A stretch of 26,491 nt of DNA, from contig CAZQEL010000012.1 of assembly GCA_964591795.1 (NCBI GenBank), positions 1 through 26,491 on the forward strand. Direction: 5' to 3'. This stretch comes from an uncultured archaeon (GTDB lineage Archaea; Iainarchaeota; Iainarchaeia; Iainarchaeales; CSSED10-239). The position numbers and the translations under genes were made by a program. Below the pieces are notes generated by a model. The model saw nothing but the letters and a program-made list of their open reading frames with translations, searched no databases and was not told where the DNA came from. Shown one piece after another: positions 16,401 to 23,776 of this stretch; the stretch's first letter is position 1; each line of letters starts with the position of its first letter.

Positions 16401-16817
16401 GGTAAAGTTGATAGAGTAGATTATTTAAAAGGCGATTTAGAAGGTTTTGTTGATATAATTGATTACAAGACAAACAAGAGTGCAATTCCTCTTGAAAAAA
16501 GAAAAGTTCAGCTTGGTCTTTACGCTCTAGGGTTAATGAACCAAGGGTACAAGATAAACAAGATTGTTTTAGACATGTTAAAGCTTGAGTCACCTGTGGA
16601 AATGATAATCGACAACGACAATCAAGACGAAGTCACCGCATCTTTAGGATGTAACAAACTATCAAACTTCACTATCACAGAGTTTAAGCAACATATCTTG
16701 GACACATGTAAAAATATAGAAAAAGATTACGAGCACGATTTCAAGGTTATCGAATCAAACAGTCCATGTAAGTTTTGTGGTTACAAGTTTTATTGCCCGA
16801 AGTGGAGAACTGAATAA
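13494..16817 (+). CDS. UvrD/PcrA-type SF1 helicase fused to a C-terminal Cas4/AddB-like PD-(D/E)XK nuclease with a four-Cys cluster
   Basis: Helicase motifs: ILAGAGTGKTTT (Walker A), VFVDEFQDTN, VGDMNQSIYGFRGA, LNKSYRSPNTVL, MTIHACKGLQFEKVIL and RRLCYVGFTRASKSL. Nuclease motifs: YLECPKKF, GSYLHKILE, GKVDRVDY...VDIIDYKT, QLGLYA and CKFCGYKFYCP (C..CxxCx5C). Confidence 0.9.
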   Translation: MSENIVQNQAIKKITGPCIILAGAGTGKTTTIRQKIKYLIDNKHYKPEEILCLTFSNEATNNLKEKIFEDIKSASNSLTIKTFHSFCSEVIKENYSFFNINFDFKIIQPDDSKVLIHKYFNIEPYNANRYVHTIQNCKDFGIAIEDITNYIKNILEPKLLVKTTIDNIKAFYLEREKELRTIYKEIKHEDKDIRKNSKEYKKELKKYIEDYKNYIKFNKFVKTWNEYEQLKKEKNYLDYGDLNKLVLEYFNENGASKYTEQYKYVFVDEFQDTNKLQFDLIKHIAEHRNITVVGDMNQSIYGFRGAYKESFEKFEENFKVSKETDVFYLNKSYRSPNTVLNIAYELIKNNYEENSKECKLIQNADNRDGEKVKVVSFIDQYEEARYISDEVEKEIENKIPLDQIAILIRTHKQAEIIKQALILKKIPFVYSGKTNILEYAEIKTVVSYLSILNNLINRTATGEQAWWNLFHYNNTLDPVDSLNISHYLKAHRKENLSIDTLLLESLTELTPKGQKIVNRVVEKLTILTKLSNKPLPELVLDIYDITGLNRNFTYKRTIENTEHLLNLKQFYEITKNYYEFHDKSLISFIDYLEMLDKLDVNIQANQVSNLNAIKLMTIHACKGLQFEKVILTNLAEKRFPLDRTHNDPLIPKELIEDRRLEIERFKLENKDLSSIDLEKATAARLKEYEKEILLLDERRLCYVGFTRASKSLTLTFAKSYSSSDKASKNSVFLDEIKYLESKDVEYTENLEDISTVMAPNSKAEQFKSLLKNQLVSSLDSDDLESLIQRLSKYFAVREKQSSLQEIINNVVLDKEELQKDILKYQENINSIKFNKAEFKFSPSSIMTYLECPKKFELSVIYNMPQIGAFDEIEEEDLDSSGSALNKGSYLHKILEIFIINKKTNIEDIQTIAKDLLKTEFLAKIYQKDYLEIIELCKVFLERNLEKISSSKKQETEIDINFELDGYRIHGKVDRVDYLKGDLEGFVDIIDYKTNKSAIPLEKRKVQLGLYALGLMNQGYKINKIVLDMLKLESPVEMIIDNDNQDEVTASLGCNKLSNFTITEFKQHILDTCKNIEKDYEHDFKVIESNSPCKFCGYKFYCPKWRTE

Positions 16818-16905
16818 GAAATAAAAAAAGAAGTTAAATTAAATTAAAATAGACTTAGAATCTAAATTGATGAAATTGTAAGAATAAATCAAAGGATAAG
16901 CAATT

Positions 16906-17775
16906 ATGGTAGATAAAAAAAATAAAATTAGATTGTTTGAACAGACTAAAGTTAGAACTGTATGGGATGAAGAAAATCAAAAATGGTGGTTTTCTGTACT
17001 AGATATTGTTGGAATATTAACTGACCAGCCTAATTTTCAAAAGGCGCGTAATTATTGGAAATGGTTAAAAAATAAATTAAAATCAGAAGGAAATGAAACG
17101 GTTAGTAATACTAACCAGTTGAAAATGAAAGCAGAAGATGGCAAAATGCGTCTAACTGATGTGGCTTGTACTGAACAACTTTTAAGACTTATTCAATCAA
17201 TTCCTTCAAAAAAAGCAGAACCATTCAAGATATGGCTTGCAAAAGTAGGTAATGAAAGAATTGACGAAACAATCGATCCAGAAATTTCAATTGATAGAGC
17301 AATTCAAAATTATTGTAGATTAGGTTATAGTGAAAATTGGATAAATCAAAGAATAAAATCTATTGAAATAAGAAAAGCTTTAACAGATGAATGGGATAAA
17401 AGTGAGGTTAAAAGAGGAAAAGAATATGCAGAATTAACTGATTTAATGAGTAAGACTTGGAGTGGAATGACTACACTTGAATATAAAAAATATAAAAATT
17501 TGAAAAAAAAGAATCTGCGAGATAATATGACAAACACAGAGCTTATTTTAAATATGCTCTCAGAAGTTGCAACAACAGATATTTCTATGGTTCGCAGTCC
17601 AATAGGTCTTCAAGAAAGTAAGAAAGTTGCTAAAGAAGGTGCAAAAACAGCAAAAGTTGCAAGAGAACAACTTGAAAAAAGTACAGGAAAGAGAGTAATA
17701 AGTAAGTCAAACGTTAAAAAATCTGATAAAAACATTTTAGATGATAGATCTAAAATTAATAAATTTGATAAATAA
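16906..17775 (+). CDS. Bro-N domain protein (phage antirepressor / DinD-like family)
   Basis: FEQTKVRTVWDEENQKWWFSVLDIVGILTD...QLKMKAEDGKMRLTDVACTEQLLRLIQSIPSKKAEPFKIWLAKVGNERIDE is a widely conserved Bro-N family sequence. G+C is visibly higher than in neighbouring genes. Confidence 0.8.
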   Translation: MVDKKNKIRLFEQTKVRTVWDEENQKWWFSVLDIVGILTDQPNFQKARNYWKWLKNKLKSEGNETVSNTNQLKMKAEDGKMRLTDVACTEQLLRLIQSIPSKKAEPFKIWLAKVGNERIDETIDPEISIDRAIQNYCRLGYSENWINQRIKSIEIRKALTDEWDKSEVKRGKEYAELTDLMSKTWSGMTTLEYKKYKNLKKKNLRDNMTNTELILNMLSEVATTDISMVRSPIGLQESKKVAKEGAKTAKVAREQLEKSTGKRVISKSNVKKSDKNILDDRSKINKFDK

Positions 17776-17790
17776 AGTTATTGATCATAA

Positions 17791-17928
17791 ACAGTGTTTA
17801 AGCAACATATCTTGGACACATATAAACAAATAGAAAACGATTACGAGCACGATTTCAATCCAGTGGACTCAAAGGACAAATGTAAATTTTGCGGATACAA
17901 ATTTTATTGTCCAAAATGGAGAGAATGA
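17791..17928 (+). pseudogene. Displaced duplicate of the helicase-nuclease 3' end (last 44 codons)
   Basis: It translates to FKQHILDTYKQIENDYEHDFNPVDSKDKCKFCGYKFYCPKWRE*. The corresponding 16677-16817 translates to FKQHILDTCKNIEKDYEHDFKVIESNSPCKFCGYKFYCPKWRTE*. The first 26 nt are identical, and many of the later differences, especially in the Cys-cluster stretch, are synonymous. An in-frame TAA sits immediately upstream (17788-17790) and there is no start codon. Confidence 0.8.
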
Positions 17929-18222
17929 ATATAAATATTAATATAAATATTTATATATTTATTGTTTTTTAAAATGTTGAAAATAGGATTTATAAAAAAT
18001 AATAACTTTATAAAGACTACGTCAACATATATATGTATATGATGCAAAATAATCAATTAATTATGAGTATTTATAACCTATTAGATAACTTTGGACATTT
18101 CTTTATTCATAAAGATAGATTGTGTTTACTTTTGAATAAATTAGATGTAGATTATGATTTAGATAAAATAATTATAAAATTAAATAATTGAAGGTAATAT
18201 AAATAATATATGTGGTGTTGTG

Positions 18223-18786
18223 ATGATAAAAAATAAAAAAAATGATAAGATTGCTTTGATAGTTACTTTAACAATTATTGGTTTTTTAGTTATAATAGGT
18301 ATAATCGCATTACAATCACCTAGTACTAGTTCATCAGAAACAATATATACAAAACAATTATCTAAAGAAAATATTAATGTAATTAATAATAAAAGTTTAG
18401 ATAATAAATATTTAGAAAAGCTTGATAATGGATATATTGAAGTAAAGATACCTAAAAAAATATCTGATAAATTATATTTAGATAATAATCATGTAATAAT
18501 AAACTATTCTTTTGATGGATATAATGATGAATTAATTGTGAATATAAATAATATTGATGCAAAATATTATTTTAATATAAAACAAATTACTTCTTTTGTT
18601 ATAAAAGGTAATAATAATGATATACGTATTAAAAATTGTAATAACATAGAAAGTATAACTATTATGGGTGATTATGATATAGTAAATTTAGATGAAGATA
18701 GTTGTATTGAAAGATTATTTTGGAAAGATACATTATATATATCAGGAGATCATAGTGATGTGGTTGGTGGAGATGATTGGGATTAA
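18223..18786 (+). CDS. Signal-anchored / secreted protein with a C-terminal repetitive beta-rich region, function unknown
   Basis: N-terminal TM segment IALIVTLTIIGFLVIIGIIAL followed by a Ser/Thr linker. The C-terminal part, FVIKGNNNDIRIKNCNNIESITIMGDYDIVNL, resembles short beta-helix-type repeats. A GTG at 18220 or the ATG at 18223 could be the start. Confidence 0.55.
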   Translation: MIKNKKNDKIALIVTLTIIGFLVIIGIIALQSPSTSSSETIYTKQLSKENINVINNKSLDNKYLEKLDNGYIEVKIPKKISDKLYLDNNHVIINYSFDGYNDELIVNINNIDAKYYFNIKQITSFVIKGNNNDIRIKNCNNIESITIMGDYDIVNLDEDSCIERLFWKDTLYISGDHSDVVGGDDWD

Positions 18787-18945
18787 GGTGTTTTTATTTT
18801 AAATAATAATGAAATATCAAATTCAGAAAAAATAGTTTGAAATTTAGTATATATAAATTATATTTATACAAAAAATATTTTTTTGGTGTGTAGATTGGTA
18901 AATAAATATATTTTTTATGTAAATAGAAAATAAAGGAAAAATAAT

Positions 18946-19185
18946 ATGACTAAAAAAAAAGAAAAAATGTCAAAATCAGAAAAAAATAGTAACATTGCTT
19001 TTATTTCATCTATAATTATTTGTATTTTTGCATATATATATTTAGTTAATCCTATTCTTAATGAATTTAATATTGGTATTGGTTGGAAGATTGGGTTTAT
19101 TATTTTTGAATTTTTTGTTTGTTTAGGATTAATTTCTTTAATTCTTAATACTGGAGATGCTATGAAAAAAGGAGTAGATAATTAA
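18946..19185 (+). CDS. Small membrane protein (2 TM)
   Basis: A lysine-rich N-terminus followed by two hydrophobic helices. An SD-like aaggaaaaa lies upstream. Confidence 0.5.
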   Translation: MTKKKEKMSKSEKNSNIAFISSIIICIFAYIYLVNPILNEFNIGIGWKIGFIIFEFFVCLGLISLILNTGDAMKKGVDN

Positions 19186-19286
19186 AGATTTAATTTAGAA
19201 AAGGTTTAATACAGATAGAATACAATTAAATAAATTAAAATGGGAAAAATTCATGGTGAAATTAATATTGCAAAGGTTAAAAAAAT

Positions 19287-19640
19287 ATGAATAAAAAAGA
19301 AAGAATTAAAGAAATTAAATTGCTTAAAAAAGAAGGTTATTCGATTAAAAAAATAATTTCAGAAGGTTTTACTAAATATGAATTATTAAAAGCAGGATAT
19401 TCTAAAAAAGATTTATATATAATTAATCAAAAAAAGACTAATTTAGGTATTTTAAGTATAATATTTGCATGTGGATCTTTATTTTTGTTACCTCCATTTT
19501 TAGGGTTGGCAGGAATAATATTAGGGATTATTGGGATTACAAAAAATGAAGGTGCCACAGCAATAATTGGATTAGTATTAAGTTTCATATTTCCTTTTAT
19601 TGGAATGATATTAGGATTAATGGTTTGGGTTTATTTATAG
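19287..19640 (+). CDS. Small membrane protein: N-terminal triple GYS/GFT short repeat, C-terminal DUF4190-like 2-TM region
   Basis: N-terminal KKEGYSIKKIISEGFTKYELLKAGYSKKDLY. The C-terminal part is GILSIIFACGSLFLLPPFLGLAGIILGIIGITKNEGATAIIGLVLSFIFPFIG. Confidence 0.55.
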   Translation: MNKKERIKEIKLLKKEGYSIKKIISEGFTKYELLKAGYSKKDLYIINQKKTNLGILSIIFACGSLFLLPPFLGLAGIILGIIGITKNEGATAIIGLVLSFIFPFIGMILGLMVWVYL

Positions 19641-19752
19641 GTACTTTTTACATATTTACTCTTCAATATGTTATTGAAAAGGTTAAAAATCATACTAAAA
19701 TAGTTAGATATTTAAATGAATTATAGTTATAATTATAGTATAGTTATATTAT

Positions 19753-20133
19753 ATGAATAAAGTATATTGTAGTGAATGTGGAAAAAAAATATCTAAAAAT
19801 GCAGTTATTTGTTTAAACTGTGGAGGAAAACAAAATCTTGATTCAGTAAAAACGAAAACTAATATTAAAATTAATCAAAGTTTAATAAAAATGGTTAAAT
19901 TAGTAGAGTTTGGTATTGTTCTTGGTATTCTTTTTAATTTTTTTGCATATATTTATTCTTGGAAAGAAGATTATTATAAATTTTGGATTATGCTTGTAAT
20001 TTATTTTCTTTTATCTATAACCTTCTCAAAATTAGGTAATTATAGTATCTATTTTGCACTTTTTTTAATGCTAATTATAATTACTGATTTTTTATCAAAA
20101 AAGGATTCTGAGTTTTATATTTGGAAAAAATAA
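19753..20133 (+). CDS. Zinc-ribbon membrane protein
   Basis: VYCSECGKKISKNAVICLNCGG (CxxC-x10-CxxC) followed by hydrophobic helices. It is a tandem paralogue of the next gene. Confidence 0.6.
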   Translation: MNKVYCSECGKKISKNAVICLNCGGKQNLDSVKTKTNIKINQSLIKMVKLVEFGIVLGILFNFFAYIYSWKEDYYKFWIMLVIYFLLSITFSKLGNYSIYFALFLMLIIITDFLSKKDSEFYIWKK

Positions 20134-20153
20134 TAATTTTAATGTGAGTGTAT

Positions 20154-20504
20154 ATGGGATTAATTTATTGTAGAGAATGTGGAAAAAAAATATCAGATAC
20201 TGCTGATGTTTGTGTTAAATGTGGAGCATCTGTAGACACAGGTAGTAAAATTACAGATAAAAGATTAATTATTGAAAAAAAAAGAAAATCAACCGCTATA
20301 ATATTAGCTATATTTTTTGGTCCTATTGCTTGGACTTATACTTGGAAGTTTGATAAAGCTAAATTTTGGGCTGGTATAATTGTTGATTTGTTATTCTTTT
20401 GGACTATTTTTATTCCTATAGCTATTACTATTTGGGCAATTATAGATATGTCTATAAAAGATGATGATAAATTCGAAAATTATCATAAATATAAAGCAAG
20501 TTAA
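20154..20504 (+). CDS. Zinc-ribbon membrane protein (paralogue)
   Basis: IYCRECGKKISDTADVCVKCGA followed by 2 TM helices (AIILAIFFGPIAW..., IFIPIAITIWAIID). The track start is the GTG at 20148; an ATG at 20154 is an alternative. Confidence 0.6.
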   Translation: MGLIYCRECGKKISDTADVCVKCGASVDTGSKITDKRLIIEKKRKSTAIILAIFFGPIAWTYTWKFDKAKFWAGIIVDLLFFWTIFIPIAITIWAIIDMSIKDDDKFENYHKYKAS

Positions 20505-20625
20505 ATTAAATTAAAAATTAAAAATTGGGTAAAGGTTTTTTAATGAAAAAAATAGTTAATTTTTTTATTATATTTTAATATATTATCTACAGATAAGAAT
20601 ATTTTTAAAAAAGGATAAATTATAT

Positions 20626-21585
20626 ATGAAATTATTTATAAATAGAAATGAAATTAATTCTATATTTGAATTATTAGGTACTAAGGAAAATAATATTACA
20701 TATGCAACAGGCTGGTGTTTTTCTAATATTAAGCCATTTTTAGATATATTTCTTTCAGAAATTGAAAGTAAGAAAATAATTGATGAAATGGATATTAATT
20801 TACAAAAATTTGATGAAGATAAAGGTTATAAAGATATTGAATTAATTTCTAATAATTATCATTATATAATTGAAGCAAAAAAAGGATGGAATTTACCTTC
20901 TAAATTCCAGTTATTAAGATACACTTCACGTTTTAAAAAAGAAAAAAATAATAAGATAATTGTGTTAAGCGAATGTAAAAAAGAATATGCTAAAAAGATT
21001 TTAGCTAAATATAATTCTAAAATACCTATTGAATTTATATCATTTAATAAAATTTATGAACTGATAAAAAAAATAAGATGTGATTGTAATTATAAGCAAA
21101 GATATATTTTGGATGAATTATATAAATATTATAAAAAGGCGGTAAAAATGATTGATATAAATTCAAATAAAGTGTTTTGTGTTGTTATTTCAGACAAAAA
21201 ATTAGTAAAAGATTTTACTTTTTTAGATGTTGTAAAAAAAGGTTATTATTTTTATCCATTAGTAACTAATTGGCCAAAAGATAAACCTCCTACATATATT
21301 GCTTTTAGATCTAAAGGTAAATTATTATCTATTCATTATGTTAAAGATTATGATGTTGTTGAAAAACCAGATAAATATATACCAGAATTAAAAGGCTGGA
21401 AAGGTTGGAGTAATAATTTACATTATATTTTAAAATTAGGTAAAGCATTTAAACCAAACCACGAAGTAAAAAATGGAAAAATATATGCTAGTCAACATTT
21501 ATGGTGTATGTTAGATACGTTATTTACTTCCAAAACAATAAAAGAAGCAAGGGATATAACTCAAAAAAGATGCATAACTAAGTGA
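20626..21585 (+). CDS. Hypothetical protein with an N-terminal PD-(D/E)XK-like motif set
   Basis: KENNITYATGW (Glu), YKDIELISNNYHYIIEAKKGW (D...ExK spacing) fits a restriction-endonuclease-like core. The C-terminal half (YIAFRSKGKLLSIHYVKDYDVV) is unassigned. Confidence 0.45.
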   Translation: MKLFINRNEINSIFELLGTKENNITYATGWCFSNIKPFLDIFLSEIESKKIIDEMDINLQKFDEDKGYKDIELISNNYHYIIEAKKGWNLPSKFQLLRYTSRFKKEKNNKIIVLSECKKEYAKKILAKYNSKIPIEFISFNKIYELIKKIRCDCNYKQRYILDELYKYYKKAVKMIDINSNKVFCVVISDKKLVKDFTFLDVVKKGYYFYPLVTNWPKDKPPTYIAFRSKGKLLSIHYVKDYDVVEKPDKYIPELKGWKGWSNNLHYILKLGKAFKPNHEVKNGKIYASQHLWCMLDTLFTSKTIKEARDITQKRCITK

Positions 21586-21620
21586 AATTATTTAAATATT
21601 TAATTATAGGAAAATAGGAT

Positions 21621-22304
21621 ATGCTAAAAACAAATAATTTAAATAATATTTTAAATTCAAAAAAATTAGTTGAAAGATCATTAACTATTGTGAAAAGAGA
21701 ATATAGACCTTATGATCCTGGTAATTATCTTTATAATTTACTATTAAATAATAATAAAAATATATTTTCTGATAAATATCTTGAGTTAATTTATACCACA
21801 CTTATTTCTTGGAATATGAATTCAAGAGGTGCAAAATTAAAAAATATAAATTCTTTTAAAAAATCTATCCTTAAAAACAGAAAAATAATATCTAATTTAA
21901 AAATATATACATTTAATGATTTAAATAAACACTCTAAAGAGATATTTATACAATTAGAAATATTATATAATAATTTAGAATTATGCATACAAAAATCAAA
22001 GATAGTCACTTTTTCTAAAACTATGCATTTTTTATTACCAAAATTATGTATCCCTATTGATAGAAAATATACTTTAAGATTTTTTTACAATAGTACAAAT
22101 ATAAATTATAACACACAATTTAAGAGATATAAACAAATAAACAAATACTTTTTAGAAATATATAATCAACACAATTTAAAACAATATTTAGATATAGGTA
22201 AAATTATATGGAATACAACTATTCCAAAGATATTAGATAATATAGTAATAGGATATATGATATTAATAGATAAAGAGGAAAAATATGAAAACAAAAGATT
22301 TTAA
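21621..22304 (+). CDS. Hypothetical protein, no family recognised
   Basis: A 227-aa ORF lying 35 nt after the previous gene and overlapping the next by 20 nt. Conserved-looking blocks are LIYTTLISWNMNSRGAKL and SKTMHFLLPKLCIPIDRKYTLRFF. Confidence 0.5.
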   Translation: MLKTNNLNNILNSKKLVERSLTIVKREYRPYDPGNYLYNLLLNNNKNIFSDKYLELIYTTLISWNMNSRGAKLKNINSFKKSILKNRKIISNLKIYTFNDLNKHSKEIFIQLEILYNNLELCIQKSKIVTFSKTMHFLLPKLCIPIDRKYTLRFFYNSTNINYNTQFKRYKQINKYFLEIYNQHNLKQYLDIGKIIWNTTIPKILDNIVIGYMILIDKEEKYENKRF

Positions 22305-23445
22305 TAATTTAAAAATACTTTTAGAAAAAATTAAAAATATTACTTGGATAGAAAGGGTAATTTATTGGAGACCTATTAGATCTTTAAGTTATGATGCTTA
22401 TGATGAATTTAAATCATTAGATAATATTATTGAAGATAATAAAGAAAAATTACAAAAATATGAACAAGATAACAAATTATTAAATAAAGATATAGAAAAT
22501 TATAAAGAAAAAATAAATGATTCTAAATCAGATATAAAAATAAAAGATAACACTGTATACAATCTTAATAAAGAAATAAGTGAAAAAGACAAAATAATAG
22601 CAAAATCAGAAAAAGAATATGAAACACACAGACAAACACATCAAAAATCAATAGATGGTTTTGATAGTAGAAGAAAACAACTAGAAGATGAAAGATTAGA
22701 AGAACAAAAACAAATATTTGAAAAAATGAAAGAAACTTGGCAAAACCATGAAAAAGAGGTAGAAAGAGTAATAAAAGATATATGTAAAAGAAACCAAATA
22801 TCTTATCTTTCAAAAGAAAAAATAGAAATTAAAGGAAAACCAGATAATACTATTAAAATTATAGATGAATATGTAATATTTGATGCAAAATCACCAGCAA
22901 ATGATAATTTAGATAATTTTCCAAAATATTTAGTTGATCAAACTAAAAGAATAGAAAAATACATAAAAGAAAAAAATGTTAAAAAAATAATATATTTAGT
23001 AATACCATTAAACACAGTATCTATATTAAAACAATTTGTATATGAAGTTAATAACTATAAGGTATTTATAGTAACAATAGATTCTTTAGAATCTATAATA
23101 CTATCTTTAAAAGAAGTAGAAAAGTATCATTTTGTAGATAAACTAAGTCCAGAAGATAGAAATCAAATATGTGATATTATAGGAAGATATGCAAATACTA
23201 CAAAAAGAAAGATAGAGATAGATAATATAGTAAATCATGAGTTTTTGAAGATTGCAGACAGTTGCAATGATTTAAATCCAAATATTAAGAAATCAGCAGT
23301 AGAGTATGAGAAAGCATATGCTTTAAATCCACCAATGGCAAAGAAAGGTAAGTTATTAGACCTTGATAAGTTAGATGAGGATATTAAGGTTATTGATCAT
23401 AAGAGGGTACTTAAACAGAAAAAGTTGTTAGGGAAAAAGAAATAA
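22285..23445 (+). CDS. RmuC-like protein: N-terminal coiled coil + C-terminal PD-(D/E)XK-type nuclease domain
   Basis: A long K/E-rich coiled-coil region, then KGKPDNTIKIIDEYVIFDAKSPANDNLDNFPKYLVDQTKRIEKYI and IYLVIPLN. These parallel the RmuC core (PD..i.lp....iviDaK.pl..Y ... mFiP.E). Confidence 0.55.
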   Translation: MKTKDFNNLKILLEKIKNITWIERVIYWRPIRSLSYDAYDEFKSLDNIIEDNKEKLQKYEQDNKLLNKDIENYKEKINDSKSDIKIKDNTVYNLNKEISEKDKIIAKSEKEYETHRQTHQKSIDGFDSRRKQLEDERLEEQKQIFEKMKETWQNHEKEVERVIKDICKRNQISYLSKEKIEIKGKPDNTIKIIDEYVIFDAKSPANDNLDNFPKYLVDQTKRIEKYIKEKNVKKIIYLVIPLNTVSILKQFVYEVNNYKVFIVTIDSLESIILSLKEVEKYHFVDKLSPEDRNQICDIIGRYANTTKRKIEIDNIVNHEFLKIADSCNDLNPNIKKSAVEYEKAYALNPPMAKKGKLLDLDKLDEDIKVIDHKRVLKQKKLLGKKK

Positions 23446-23456
23446 GGAGTGATAAA

Positions 23457-23663
23457 ATGGATTGGATAGAAGTATCATCAAAACGAGTTAGTGAAGTAGC
23501 ATTTGATGTTGTTGAAAAAAAAGTTTTTGTTAAATTTAAAAGCGATGGTGTAATTTATATTTATAATGGAGTATCTGAAGATATATTTAAACAATTTATT
23601 ACAGCCGTATCTATTGGTAGTGCAATACCTTTGTTAGGTAATAATTATCATAAATTAACTTGA
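23457..23663 (+). CDS. KTSC-domain protein
   Basis: SSKRVSEVAFDVVEKKVFVKFKSDGVIYIYNGVSEDIFKQFITAVSIGSAI follows the KTSC consensus (S..i..v.Yd.....L.V.F..G..Y.Y..V....y..l..A.S.G). An SD-like aaggagtga sits 11 nt after the previous stop. Confidence 0.7.
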   Translation: MDWIEVSSKRVSEVAFDVVEKKVFVKFKSDGVIYIYNGVSEDIFKQFITAVSIGSAIPLLGNNYHKLT

Positions 23664-23776
23664 ATATAAAATGAATTAATATATTATGAATATTAATGTA
23701 TGTGGTATCTAAATAAATTTATATTATACATATAATTAAAAATTATAGTTGTAAAAAAATAAAATAAAAATAATTG

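Noticed and set aside
17777-23402. An identical 14-mer, gttattgatcataa, at 17777-17790 (the Bro-N/remnant junction) and 23389-23402 (the end of the RmuC-like gene), considered as a possible att-like site.
   Set aside because: With this base composition and about 3.5e8 position pairs, several exact AT-rich 14-mer coincidences are expected. There is no flanking similarity.
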